From NCBI RefSeq assembly GCF_018977255.1, contig NW_024704742.1, positions 52,392,001-52,456,000 on the forward strand: a DNA stretch of 64,000 bases, read 5' to 3'. Made by a program: the position numbers and the translations under genes. Below the pieces are notes generated by a model. The model was given only the letters and a program-made list of their open reading frames with translations. It ran no database searches and was not told the DNA's origin. This document shows positions 40,420-53,409 of the stretch, piece after piece. How positions within the stretch are numbered: position 1 is the first letter of the stretch; each line of letters opens with the position of its first letter. This DNA comes from Callorhinchus milii. Its lineage: Eukaryota.

Positions 40420-40962
40420 TGTGTCAGCCAGCTGCAGTGATAGCACTCTCGCTTCTGAGTCAGAAAATTGTGGGTTCAAAACCAATGTCGGGATATGGAA
40501 TCACATCATCTAAGCTGACACTCCAATACAGTGCTAGAGGTGTGTTAAATGTTGGAGTTGCCATCTTTCGGATGAGATGTTAAACCGAGGTCCTGTCTGC
40601 CTGTTCAGATGAATGTTAAAGATCCCATGGCACTATTCGAAAAGAGAAGGGAATTTCTCTTGATGGTCCCTCTCCTGGAGAAAATATTCCCTTCTCTTTC
40701 AACACTGTGGGATCCTATCCTGCATTTAGGGCATTATATAAATACAACTTGTTGTTTTTGAATAGTTCCATGAGATTCTAAATGTCATCATGTCCACCTG
40801 AACAGGCAGACAGGACTTCAATTAAATATCCAAAGGACAGCACCTCCAATGATGCGACACACCACTGCATCGTCAGCTTAGATTATGTGAGTTCAAATTG
40901 CAACATGGGGCTTCAACCCTTCATGACTCAGAGACGAGAGTGCTACCAACTGAGGCAGGCTG
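40420..40962. mobile_element. Inverted pair of Deu-SINE 5' halves (40420-40660 plus; 40757-40962 minus)
   Basis: Head and Deu core on the plus strand, then their reverse complement ~100 bp later. Confidence 0.82.
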
Positions 40963-41391
40963 ATGGACATAATCAAGTTTTAAAATTATGATTTTCAGCG
41001 GTTTTCAAAGGAAGTGAGTCGTGCAAAACGCTGAATGGTGCACAAGAATAAAGTTAGGTTCAAATGTTGGTGTTTTTAAACAATGCCAGTCCCACTCCAT
41101 GATTATTGATAACAAAGATGATGGCAACTAAAATCTTCAGGCTTAAAGATTTTGATGAAATTGGGTGGGGGGAGAGGGAGTTGCCACTGATATTTTAGTT
41201 TCTAACTCGTAGCCCAACTGAGGAGGGAGAAATGTGTGACTCTCCCCTACCAACCCCCCACCCCTCCTTTCCGAAACAAATGTTTCAGAGCTACCATTGT
41301 TGTTCCTGACCACACGTTACCATCGATCGATCTCTAGGCTTGCATCAGTTCTAATAGCAATAAAAAGCTAAAATATTGTGCAATACTGAAG

Positions 41392-41757
41392 ATAATAATA
41401 ATCCTTGCAATTGATATAGATCCTTATCATATCTTTGAGACGTCTCAAAGAGCTTCACAGAATATACTGTAAAGTGAACTGATTGTATGTTTTGTGGGCG
41501 AAACAAGGCAGCCAATTGTGCACAGCAGTGTCCCACAAACAGAAACAGTCGTGGACTGAGTGACCAATTTTTTTTAAAAAGGAATCATTACCCCCAGGAA
41601 AGCAACCCGCCAATCAACTAACAACTGGGTTCCTACTTACTTCTAGGTAAACAGAGGCGTGTGGAGTAAGGAAACTTGCCCAACATTTCGCTCTGCTGGG
41701 AATTGAACCCAGGTCTCTCACTTGCGAGGCGAGTGCTCTAACCACTGAACTACAGAT
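41392..41757 (-). mobile_element. tRNA-headed SINE, older long subfamily
   Basis: Same head and body plus a ~60-bp internal segment and a different tail loop. Confidence 0.88.
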
Positions 41758-41976
41758 GTGTGATAGTGCTATGTTTTTGGAGCATCAACAGCCTGTGGTT
41801 CAAGCCCCACTCAGAGTTATTGATCTCAACCGTACTAGCAGGGAAGCCCAGCAGTGATCAAGCTTCTCCCCAGATGGTGTGTAAAAATAATACCAGATGG
41901 CATCTCCGTACTGGGGCTTTTGGTGGTGAACTAAGCTTTAGCTGGTTAACCATCAATAATGCTTACTGTAGAACTA

Positions 41977-42296
41977 ATAATAATAATAATAATCCTTGCA
42001 TTTGATATAGCGCTTTTCATGTCAGGAGGACATCCCAAAGCGCTTCACAGAACACACTGTAAAGTGAATTGACTGAATATTTGTGGGCGAACGCGGCAGC
42101 CAATCGCGCACAGAAATGTCCCAGAAACAGTCGTAGATTGAAAATGACCAATTTATTATTGTTTTTGGTTTTGGAGGGATTATCATTAGGTGTGTGGAGT
42201 AAGGAAACTTGCCCAAGGTTTCGCCCTGCCTGGAATTGAACTCAGGTCTCTCACTTGCAAAGCGAGTGCTCTAACCACTGAGCTACAGGACTCCAC
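41977..42296 (-). mobile_element. tRNA(Ala)-headed SINE, young subfamily
   Basis: Full length; AACTA duplicated at 41972-41976 and 42297-42301. Confidence 0.92.
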
Positions 42297-42639
42297 AACT
42301 ACTTAGCTTTGTGAGGGATGTCTCCTCAGATCTTCAGAAAGATCCCATTTCTCTTCTCTCCTCTCCCTTGTGGGGGGAGGGGGGTCTTTTTCTCTATAAA
42401 CCGATAAATAAAACGTAGGTCCCGTTGCATCACCGTGTGACCTTGGGCAGGTAACTGACAACTGATGACTGAGTTAGTCAGCTTCACACACAGGGATACT
42501 TACCATCACAGGTCTAACAGCCTATTTGATTCAACACTTTTAAATGTGTTTCTCTATGTTTTGTAGTTAATCAAATGAGAACTGCATTGAAAATGCTATA
42601 TAATACATGTTCTAACATTTTAACAGTGCACAACTATAC

Positions 42640-42745
42640 CTGCTGAGCATTTGCTTGTAGCAAATTTCCAAGATGTTCAACCAGTTCAGAAAATACAGGT
42701 CGCTCTTTGTAGTTGCCATGCCAACAGTCTAACATCGTCTGGTAG
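42640..42745 (-). CDS. KDR: KDR exon 26-equivalent (end of kinase)
   Basis: 106 bp; [36 protein letters not shown]. Confidence 0.97.
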
Positions 42746-42876
42746 CTGTAGGGATAGAATTGTCAATATATTCAAAACGTCTTCAGATATACCGAATAAA
42801 TCATTTAATGGATTCTGTTCAGGCCACATTAAGTGGGTTTGGATGCATGTTTGTGTGTGTGTCTATAATAAAGAAA

Positions 42877-43165
42877 CAACAACAACAATATTACATTTGT
42901 AAAGTGCCTTTCACATCGGGAGAACGTCCCAAGGCGCTGGACAGACAGAGTTTCGGACCCGAGCTGGGGGTCTGTGTCGGGGAGGGTGGAGGTCAGGGGG
43001 GAAGCAGGGAGATTGAAAGCACGATCGAAGAGGAGAGTCTTGAAATGGATCTTGAAGGTGGCAAGGGAAGGGTGAGACATAGGGCCTGCGGGATGGAGTT
43101 CCAGGGGATGCGGGCAGAGTGGCAGAAGTCCCGCCCACCAATAGTGGGGCAAACGAGGCGGGGGC
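42877..43165 (-). mobile_element. L2 3' end in KDR intron 25
   Basis: PTIGGRDF...WNSIP motif and tail hairpin on the minus strand. Confidence 0.85.
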
Positions 43166-43852
43166 AAAAAAAATGTGGAGCAACAACCAACACAAATTCT
43201 GCAAGAGGTTACAAGAGTTGTTCCTGATGAAAGTACAATTTCTTTATGATCTCCTGCAAATATTAGGGTAGGAAAGCAATCTGTCTACAAGTTTCCATCT
43301 ATGTTATTCTTACATTGGCTATTTATTGGTGCTCAACTTGTTCACTAACTTTATCTCCCAATAAGAGAACACTGCGACTTTTTCTGATAATAACATAATG
43401 TGCATTTTATATAACTGCTTTTTTGCATAAACCAAATGTCTTAAAGTGTCGAAATGATGATGTGGGTCCAACAGTATTCTGCAAGTTGTATAAACTGTGT
43501 CAACTTCCATTCATTAATAACAGTACAATTAAGGGCATCTTTAATTCCTTCTACACATGATTTACATGTGGTTTACACAACTCACATAATAGAGTCCACA
43601 GCATGCCACATTCTGTGGACTCCAGATTACTTTGTGACAAATTCATAGACACTATTCTTCACAGAAAACTCTGTGTAGAGCTTTGGGATGTTTTGACATA
43701 AGATGCTATATCAAATGCAAGAATTATTATCAATATTTTTATTATGAAATCTATATGTCCAGTAGTAAAGACATGCAATGAGGTTTAGGGCAAATGCATT
43801 TAAAAAGAGAAATGGTGGAAAAGTTGAAGGAATGAATACGGATGAGGCTTAC

Positions 43853-43952
43853 ATTTCTGGGGTAGCGTATCCAGGACACCGCATTCGAGTGCCATCTTTT
43901 AGTCTGCGGCAGAATTCTTCATCAATCTGTACACCGGGGTAGGGAGATGCAC
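43853..43952 (-). CDS. KDR: KDR exon 25-equivalent
   Basis: 100 bp; [33 protein letters not shown]. Confidence 0.97.
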
Positions 43953-44034
43953 CTGGATCAATTGAATACATCAGTTTAACTGAAAAAATATCCATCTCAT
44001 TTTCTACAAATTCACTGTAAAGATGTTCTGCTTA

Positions 44035-44196
<162 letters not shown>

Positions 44197-44568
44197 TCAC
44201 TTGGTTACATTGCAAAGTCTTACAATAATTGTTGCATTTAATGTAGTGCTTTCACATCAGGAGGCTGTCTCAAAGTGCATCACAGGATTAACTATAAAGT
44301 GTAGTGACTATGAATTTTGGCAGCAAATGCATAGTCAATTTGCAATGCATCAATGTGCCACTAACAAGGGGATTGTTGGCCAGGACACTGGGAGAAACTG
44401 TATTAAGCACTCTCAAGACATCCTCCCGACATGAAAAGTGCTATATAAATGTGAATATTGCAAGTTAAATGCCAATATATACATAAAATGAGAGGACTAT
44501 GTTCATATTGTAAATTTGAATGACTAATTATTGTTCTTCGAAAGCCAGCATTTAGTCATTGATCACTT

Positions 44569-44809
44569 AATAATCCTTGCATTTGATATAGCGCTTTTCA
44601 CGTCGGAGGACGTCCCAAAGCGCTTCACAGAACACACTGTAAAGTGAATTGACTGTATATTTGTGGGCAAATGCGGCAGCCAATTGCGCACAGCAATGTC
44701 CCACAAACAGTTGTAGATTGAAAATGACCAATTTTATTGTTGTTTTTGGTTTTTGGAGGGATTACTATTATTAGGCGTGTGGAGTAAGGAAACTTGCCCA
44801 AGGTTTCGA
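44569..44809 (-). mobile_element. 5'-truncated young SINE (KDR intron 23)
   Basis: Lacks the tRNA head; CACTT duplicated at 44564-44568 and 44810-44814. Confidence 0.88.
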
Positions 44810-45041
44810 CACTTCACTAACAGCAGCTTTTGCTTTCAAAGAAATACCAAACTTATAGCATTTTGCAAAGATCACAAGATGTGCAACCAATACGTATTGG
44901 TTCAATCACTGAATAGTAAAAGTGCAAAACTTTGTAAACCCTCAAATTGTTGCAAAATGCAGCTTTGAGTCACTCAGTGAGTTGTTCTCTCACCACATCT
45001 CATTTTATAAACAATCTTATATTTGAATTGTTTTATTTTCA

Positions 45042-45194
<153 letters not shown>

Positions 45195-45542
45195 TTATTC
45201 TTTTTGCTATTGAAGGAGGCTCTGAGCACAGCCCATTCTGACAGCAAACAGCAATTCCCTTTGACACTGGCAAATAAACCATCCACATAGTCATTGCCAG
45301 GGTGCTTGAGTGATACCTTCTTTGCACAGAAACAAGAGCAGCACTATATGTTAAAAAGTACATTACTTCATATTATGGAATTTTATTACTTCCAGTTTAC
45401 GAATATCAGTTTGCAAAATTTGTATGTTAGAACCCATTACTCATTGTATTTTTCAACAGAAGTTGCAAGCATTAACTATCGTGGGATTTATAAGGGAGAT
45501 TGCAGGTAAATGAGAACTGAGGGCATGTTTTGGTTATCTCAC

Positions 45543-45640
45543 CTTTCGTGATGCAAGGAACTCCATACCCCTGGCGACCTGGAAACTGTAGCAGATTAAA
45601 TCCTCCATAGACAGAAAGCGCTTGTATGGGTCTTCTAGAG
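45543..45640 (-). CDS. KDR: KDR exon 22-equivalent
   Basis: 98 bp; [33 protein letters not shown]. Confidence 0.96.
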
Positions 45641-46974
45641 CTGTATAAATGGACAAAAAAGTTGTCGGTGATGGACCAGAGAGCAGTGTTCACACTGAAT
45701 CATCAAGTTTCTCCCACAAAATATACAGTCAATTCACTTTGCAATATATTCTGTGAGACGTCTCAACGACGTGGTAAAGCACTATATCAAATGCAAGGAT
45801 TATTATTATTATTACTCAGTTTCTGCAGTCCTTCCATGAAACATTGTGTGTGAAGGCCCTTACACAGTCGGACCCACCTCGTGGTAGGTTATAACAAGTC
45901 ACACCATAGAGTGTTCATCGTTCAGAAATTCTGGGTCATCATCAAAGACATTGGTGTTCAGGTCACTTAACCGAGCTGTGCATGCACCCAGGAAGCTGAC
46001 AACCACTCTCATGAGCATTTCCAATGTTTGCTGGGACACCTGGAAACCTTCTGTGGCTTCATACTACATGCTGGAAATAAGACGTTTAATGTACTTCTGG
46101 TATACTGTGGGTGCAAGGCACACATTTGAATATAATAATAACCCTTGCATTGATATAGTGCCTTATTGCATCATTGAGATGTCTCAAAGCGTTTCACAGG
46201 ATTTACTGTAAAGTGGTGCGACTGTATTTTATGAGCAAAACATGTTAGACAATTTCATTACAGCAATGTCCCACAAACAGCCATGTTCTATTTGGGGGAC
46301 TGTTGGCCATGACACCATGCAAAACTCTCTTCAGCCTGTATCACTCTAATTGATTTAACTGCACATCCCATTCACTCAGAGAGCTGGGAGTGTCATCAAC
46401 TTATTCTCAGGAGAAAGGGGAATATCCCGCTCTGTGGCAAATATATGCAAGAGTCACATGCAAGGTTTAAGTGTGAAAAGTGAGTGTTTGGAAATGAAAT
46501 AGTATGGGTTCAGTTTAACACTTTGAAGCATTGGTGGAATTGACATCACAGACTTGTCCTTGGCACTGGGGCTTTGACTCATTGGGTTGGAACATGTCTA
46601 GATCTTAAAGTCTCTTTAATTAGCCAGACATGGCAATCATCAAAAGTGGCTTGGACTATGTTAAAAAGGTGAAGGGCTAAGTGACTCACAACAGAGAACA
46701 GTAGAATTTTTTCCAAAATTTGAAAATCATCAAATCCATGTGGCAGAGTCCAACTGACCATCCATTGGTAACGAGAAGCAGTGTCTACGTGATATCTCAC
46801 TGTGAAATAATGGGGTCAAATTTACATTATTTCTTAAGGAAATTCCTTTCTAAGGAATCCCATCAGAATCTCTGTCGACCCTTGGGAACTTTGCTCTAGA
46901 AGTTGATTGCAGCTGAATTTTTGCGTAGGAAAGCATGACGTACACCCAGTTACTGGAAGGAGTCTTTATTCGTC

Positions 46975-47883
46975 AAGCGTTCGCCACCTCAAGGCTCGAC
47001 TATGTAAACTTTCTCCTTGTCGGCCTCCCCAACTCATCCCTCCCCAAGCTGCAGATCATCTAGAACTCTGCAGTTCGTGTCCTCTCCCGCACCAGGCTCC
47101 ATGACCCGATCACCCCCACCCTTGCCCGGCACCCCATCCCTCAGAGAATAGAATTCAAAATCCTCATCTCACTTTCAAGGTCCTCCATGGCCTTGCCCCC
47201 TTCTATAATAATAATAATCCTTGCATTTGATATAGTGCTTTTCACATAGGGAGGACGTCCCAAAGCGCTTCACAGAACACACTGTAAAGTGAATTGACTG
47301 TAAATTTGTGGGCGATCGCGGCAGCCAATTGCGCACAGCAATGTCCCACAAACAGTCGTAGATTGAAAATGACCAATTTATTATTGTTTTATTTTTGGAG
47401 GGATTATTATTAGGCGTGTGGAGTAAGGAAACTTGCCCAAGGTTTCGCCCTGCCTGGAATTGAACTCAGGTCTCTCGCTTGCAAAGCGAGTGCTCTAACC
47501 ACTGAGCTACAGGACTCCACGACTCCAGGACTTCTACATCTCTGACCTGCTGACCCACTATCAATCTGTCTGCTCCCACCATTCAGCAAGCTCCGGCCTG
47601 CTCCAGGTCTCCCACCCGACCCCCATCGGCGACCGGTCTTTCAGCCTCTCTGCCCCCACTCTTTGGAACTCCATCCCACAATCCCTTCGCCTTGCTCCCT
47701 CTCTTGCCTCCTTCAATGCGTGACTCAAGACCCTCCTTTTTGACTGTACCTTCAGCCGCCCTCCTACTTCATCCCAACCCTGCCCCCACCCCACGCTCGG
47801 GTCCTGATCCCTGACTGTTCAGTGCCTTGGGACGTCCTCCCGAAGTGAAAGGCGCTTTACAAATGTAATTTTGTTGTTGTTGT
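46975..47883 (+). mobile_element. L2 3' fragment interrupted by a SINE (KDR intron 21)
   Basis: SRLDY/KLQII/KILIL-type sequence at 46975-47205 resumes at 47531; tail at ~47820-47883. Confidence 0.88.
47206..47530 (-). mobile_element. tRNA(Ala)-headed SINE nested in L2
   Basis: Full length; CTTCTA target-site duplication (TSD) at 47200-47205 and 47531-47536. Confidence 0.92.
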
Positions 47884-48031
47884 AATTTGCATGATTTAAT
47901 AAGGAAACCTGTTAAGTATCCAGTTACTCCAATAATCTTTAGCTCCCCACGTGTGACACAGGCATAGGTTTAGCTATGAAGCAGTTGCAAAGTAGAGCCA
48001 TAGAGCTATAAATAGGTTAACATTGCCATAC

Positions 48032-48173
48032 CGTCCTCTTCCTCAACGTCACTCAATGATTTCTCTTCAGCAAATCCAGAACTGGTGGAGCTGCCACTAC
48101 TCGCAATGCTGTCCAAGCGATGCTTAATCTCACTATCCTTCTCCTTTGTCTGCCTTAATCCAAGTGTTTTACT
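48032..48173 (-). CDS. KDR: KDR exon 21-equivalent (kinase insert)
   Basis: 142 bp; SKTLGLRQTKEKDSEIKHRLDSIASSGSSTSSGFAEEKSLSDVEEED; splice phases match neighbouring exons. Confidence 0.93.
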
Positions 48174-48404
48174 CTGAAGCCAGGAAAACAGATACAATTT
48201 TTTAAAAAAATAGTTATGGTGGCACAGGAGGATTATGCTAAACAAAACCATATATTCTTGGATAATAAATTTAGGAATATTGGGGTAAAACTTGCAATAT
48301 TCTTTAATGTGTTCTTTAAATTAGTGAGTGCTGTGGTTAATTTAGTTGCGTATAAATGTAAACCAGCATTCCTCGGTCAACAGTGAACCTTCCCACTAAT
48401 AGAG

Positions 48405-48680
48405 GATTGAGGACAAGAGGGCAGGGATTTAAGATTGTGACTAGGAGTAAAAGAAAAGGTTCAGAAGAATTTCTTCCCTCAGATGGTTATCAGGGGTAGA
48501 ATGATTAGCTGGGAGTGACTGTTTAAAGCAGAGAGGTTTGAGGTATTTGAAAGCACATGCAGAGGGAGGGAATTAAAGGCTACTGGTAAAGAGCACAGAA
48601 CTGAGATTAGAATGGATGGCTTCTTGGAGAAACTAAAACTAACAAAAATAATTGTCCAAATGGCCTTCTACCATATCATA
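48405..48680 (+). mobile_element. Old CR1-type 3' fragment
   Basis: aggacaagagggg...gaagaatttcttccctcagatggtt... followed by a tail ending aaatggcct. Confidence 0.55.
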
Positions 48681-50634
48681 TCTTTCTGTGGTTCCAACCT
48701 GATGTAATGCCCAGACTGTTCATTAACTGGCAATGTTACATCCCCATTACCACTCCACCCCCACCACTGATCTGCCGCTATCTTGGGATTTTTTTTGTTT
48801 ATTGGCCCTTAAGAGACAGGTAAAATGCCTTCCAGCATGACGGGTGCTATATAAATGCAAGTTGTTGTTGCTTTAATAGTTCTTGTCTGAGTTGGATCTT
48901 TTGATGAGTAGCAAAAATTATGATCATCCTGGTTCAGTAAATTTTATTTCATAATCAAGATTGGTGTCTCCATTAGTGGGGATCATTAATACTAGCATTA
49001 TATTAATGACAGTGCAAATTTAAGAAGGGCATTAAGGAACACTGCAAATTTCACCCATTATAACCCAGCAAACAGTGTTATTACAATCCAGTAAAACATT
49101 ATATTGTTTTGCCTATAAAATATATAATCATTGCACTTTATATATCCTGTGGAACCCTCTCTGACATCATATCGATATAAAAAGTCATTATATCAAATGT
49201 AATGATTATTATTATTATTACCATAATAAAAAATTGCATGGAAATAAAAGCTTTATAACCCAATAACACTGAACAATCTAATTTGCATTAAATTCTAGTA
49301 TGGAATAAAACAGAGTTAATTTTATTTATTGTGTTTGTAAAGACTCAGAAAACAGGTGATAAATGCAACATCAAAATGGTGATGATAATTTCTCCATGTT
49401 TTCTGTAATAGCAGATCACTGTTCCTTTGCTATTATAGTGTGGGAATTTGGACAGTCCAAGTTGCCCTCAGATTAAAGGTTGTGACCTGTTTTCAGTTCC
49501 AATCGGTCACAAAGAACAATAACATATTAGCACTTAAATCCTATCTACAATGACACAAGCTTTTTGTAATGCTAAGGAAGCCCTTTTAATACAGTGCATT
49601 ATCTATCATATTTTGAAGTGACAATGGCCACATAGGAATTCTATTGGCAATGTTTATATATCACTGAAGACAACGGGTTCTTAAGAGGGCATAAACACAG
49701 GGCAATGTGGAAACACATTGTCCTTTTGTGCTTTTGCTCTTTTGTTTTTGATGGAGCAATGCCAATTGGTGTGCTTCAACTATAAGATACTGTACAACCT
49801 TTGCAGCTCGAGAAACAAATGCCTATTCTCAATTGACTTTTATTTTTTAATAGTGAAATATTCATGTTATCTTGTTCAATGTAGCAAATATAATACTGTT
49901 CAAAAGAAAAATACAGTTGAATTCCATTATAATAAGCTTCTTGTTAATGTGGGTTCACTTATTGGGGTGTGGACATCGATATTTATTTATCAATAAGTCC
50001 AAAATGTGCACAGAAAGCAGCCCAGTTCACTTCAAAACTTAGCTAGTTAGTTTTCATGCACTAAAAATTGTCAGACATCTGGGTTATCAGGTAGAGCTGA
50101 TGTCACGCAGGAAGTGATATTGTCGGCAACCAGAACATTTCGAAGTAGGCCATTTTATAACGGGTGAAAAGCCATTTTGAAGCGAGTGAGTTATCTGCAC
50201 ACATGTGTAGAGTGAATGTGGGAGCACTGGCCAGTGATCACACCACATTATAATGCTAGTTGGAATTTCATGGACCCCAACTACAAGAGCTAATTCCATT
50301 TATATTCTACCGTTCATACTTGGAAGCACCATGAGCATGATGACATTATCATGTTATAATGGGGCTCTATTGTAGAGAATCATTTTTAGTATATTTGAAG
50401 AACGTACTTGCGGCATAATCCTAAATGTCTCTAGAGGTAACACAGTGGTTTATTTATATTGAAGCACTACCTCCAAAGGCAGGGTTTTGTCAATGGCAGA
50501 ACTACAGTAAAAATATGACATTGGATTATTATGCAGTCTAGAACCACAAGACCTCTACACCTCTTGGAATGTGTGCCTCACACAGAGCCTTGCACTATTG
50601 TATATGAACATGCAATACAAGTCTGTAATGTTAC

Positions 50635-50723
50635 CTTGTAGGGAACAAACTCCATTCGTTTGCTTCTGAGGTAGTTTGACAGGTTTCCGTGCTTACAGTA
50701 TTCGACAATCACCATTAGTGGTC
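50635..50723 (-). CDS. KDR: KDR exon 20-equivalent (hinge)
   Basis: 89 bp; [30 protein letters not shown]. Confidence 0.97.
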
Positions 50724-51358
50724 CTGGATAGTAAAGCATTAAGAATAATAATGTTACCTCTGGGGACAGACACATTAATTATGTTATGGGTGGCAAAAGT
50801 AGATATTCTGCTCAAATGTGGTACCTTAAACAAGCAGCATTCTGTTTGTAGAATTACATGAATTAGACATTTTTTATTAACCCAAGGACTGAAATTCTAC
50901 CTGGCTTTTTGGGGGGCAGCCCTGTGTCTGACATTTGCAGGAACTCATACTTGAGTATCCAAATCAGACTGAAGGTTCCACATGAAAATTTTCTTGAGCC
51001 CAGAATGGAAGGCACACCCTCAACCTGGAGGAACACACCCTGCTTAACTACTTCTAGAATTGGTTATTAAAATGATCATCTTAAAAATGTAAGATTGTAC
51101 AGAATTTTGGAAAATTCGTAAAACCAGTATCAATTTGAAAGCGATTTTTCCACAGAGAGTTATAAGTTCTGAAATGCTTTGGTTTAGATGATGTAGTTAG
51201 GTGGGCTTGGGGTAGCTTCAGCAGCTAAGGAAATAAACCAAAGTGTTTGCCCAATTTTCAAATGGAGTAATAATAATCCATGTAGTTGTGTTCTGGGAAA
51301 CCCAATAAGGGCTACAAGACAGATGCTGGCCTGACAATGAAACACTGTGCCCACTCAC

Positions 51359-51472
51359 CTCCCGCTTTGGTACAGGCTCCCAGCAAGTTCACCACATTTA
51401 GATGGTGGCCTATGTGAATAAGGATCTTCAGTTCTGACATCAATGCTCTTTGCTCACTGGATGTTGCTCCAT
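51359..51472 (-). CDS. KDR: KDR exon 19-equivalent (alphaC helix)
   Basis: 114 bp; [38 protein letters not shown]. Confidence 0.97.
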
Positions 51473-51687
51473 CTGAAAATAACCACTGGATAAATAAATG
51501 TATCCCTTTGCTTTCCATACACAAAGAGTGACATAGGACAGGGGTCCACGGATATAAACATAGATATAAGTGCAATCAGATATGCACAAACTGACAAACA
51601 GAATATGTACAGGCATGCAAGTATTTTCATACTTTCAAATAGTTTTGTGATCACAAATCATTAAAGAGCTCATCTGTGGCCCCAAGA

Positions 51688-51880
51688 TATTTTTTGCTTA
51701 AAATTTAGGATCAAGCAGAATTGTAGAAAATCCTTAAATTTATTTTAGAAGCTGGTTTTCGACAGTTTGTAAAAAGAAATAGAGACAGAATTTAAAGATT
51801 TTCTGCAATTCTGGGCAATCTTAAATTTTAAAACAAAATAGTCTTGCAGGCTATTTAACTTTAAAGTGGAATTTTAGTCC
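51688..51880. repeat. Palindromic MITE-like relic (related copies near 2225-2410, 28335-28480, 34840-34985, 51075-51155)
   Basis: cagaattgtagaaaatccttaaatt ... aatttaaagattttctgcaattctg form an imperfect inverted repeat; similar cores recur across the window. Confidence 0.55.
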
Positions 51881-52546
51881 TATGTATTTATTTTGTGCTA
51901 AACACATAGTAAAATTCCTTGCTGCCACTGACATGCAATTGGTTTCAAGATTATAAACAATTAAGATATTGTGACAATTTACAATTATAATTGTGGGATA
52001 TGCATGGATAAATTAAATTTTCTTTAAAGTAAATTCCCAACTAAAAATATTAACTCCAAAACTTTCAAACTCTGACAAATGAATCCCAAAATAATAACCT
52101 TCAAGATGTGGAAACATCAAAGCTATTGTCGTTCCCTCCGAGTTAAAAGCTGTGATCAACCGAATCTCAGACACACTCTTTACATTTTACAGTCTGATCA
52201 AATCCTGATGATTCCAGTGCAAAAGTTCATACAAAAAGGGGGAGTAACATACTTTTGTCAATTATATGTAATAAGATTTAGGATTTTGAACTCCTGAATG
52301 TTTGTGTTTTAAAAAGGAGCCAACATTCCAAATTATTGAGTTGATTGATGTCGGGCGAGGGTTTTATTTCAATGTGAATACAATGACTGTTCCACGTAGC
52401 TTCTTCTATGATACTATATACTGAGCGCAATTAAAATTAAATTGCAAAGGTGGCAGTTTAAGGGGGAAAAAAAACAATCTTCCAATTACATTATAATTAC
52501 AAATGCCTGCCACCATTTCTATAACTTTCCTCACATCTTGAATTAC

Positions 52547-52651
52547 CTTTCAACATTTTGACAGCAACAGTCTTGCATGTGGAGACTTTGTCAATACCGA
52601 AAGCAGCTGCTTCCACAACTTTGCCAAATGCTCCGCGACCCAACGGCTTGC
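52547..52651 (-). CDS. KDR: KDR exon 18-equivalent (P-loop, VAVK)
   Basis: 105 bp; [35 protein letters not shown]; not in the ORF track, read by hand. Confidence 0.97.
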
Positions 52652-53409
52652 CTGATTTAAAAAAAAGGAATTAAGAAAGGATCTCACGCTAGCATATCGT
52701 AAACCATCTGAAATAATAATTCAGTTCCTTTGAAATCTCTTGGCAAACACCACACCACATAAAACACCAATTGGCCAATCCCAGACAATAGTGCAAACCA
52801 TCAAAGAGAGAAGAGGTTCTGTACTGCTGAGTGAAGCTTAACCACCGTGATGTTGTTAATGGGACTGCTATGTATTGGTCAACCAGTTGAATGCCAAAAG
52901 TTTGACAACAACACAGCAGATAAGTGCAAAACTGTGTAACAATTGTGATAGAGCTACAGCTATTATATCGTTGGAATTCTAGTAACAAATAATAAATCCT
53001 TACATTTGTTATAGCACCTTATCACGTCGAAACTTCTCAAAGTGCTTCATAGAGTGTTTCTGTGCAATGTAGTGAGTGTGTATTTGTAGGCAAACTATTA
53101 TTCTGTTCTTACAGAAACAGCGATTGTTTCCATCTGAAGAACCTTAACACCACCAGATTTTATGGTACAGTATTTTCTGATTATATGCTAGCGATATATG
53201 TTCTACAGCATTCTGAAATAGTGTTTTATTGTGTACCCACCATAAAAATATGTCAAAATAGTTTTGAATTATTTGCAAAGAGCAGGATGCATTCCAGTTT
53301 AATTTAGGCTATTAGTCTTGTACAAATTGATGATTAAACTTGAGGGTTTTTCCTATTGTTTTTAAGAAGCTATCAATGATGTGAAGATGCCAAGCTACTT
53401 CCTATCACC

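Noticed and set aside
47445..47520. tRNA-Ala-like genes (also near 10225-10297, 42225-42296, 22355-22430)
   Set aside because: A/B boxes and an anticodon arm are present, but there is no proper acceptor stem and each continues into a SINE body; these are SINE heads.
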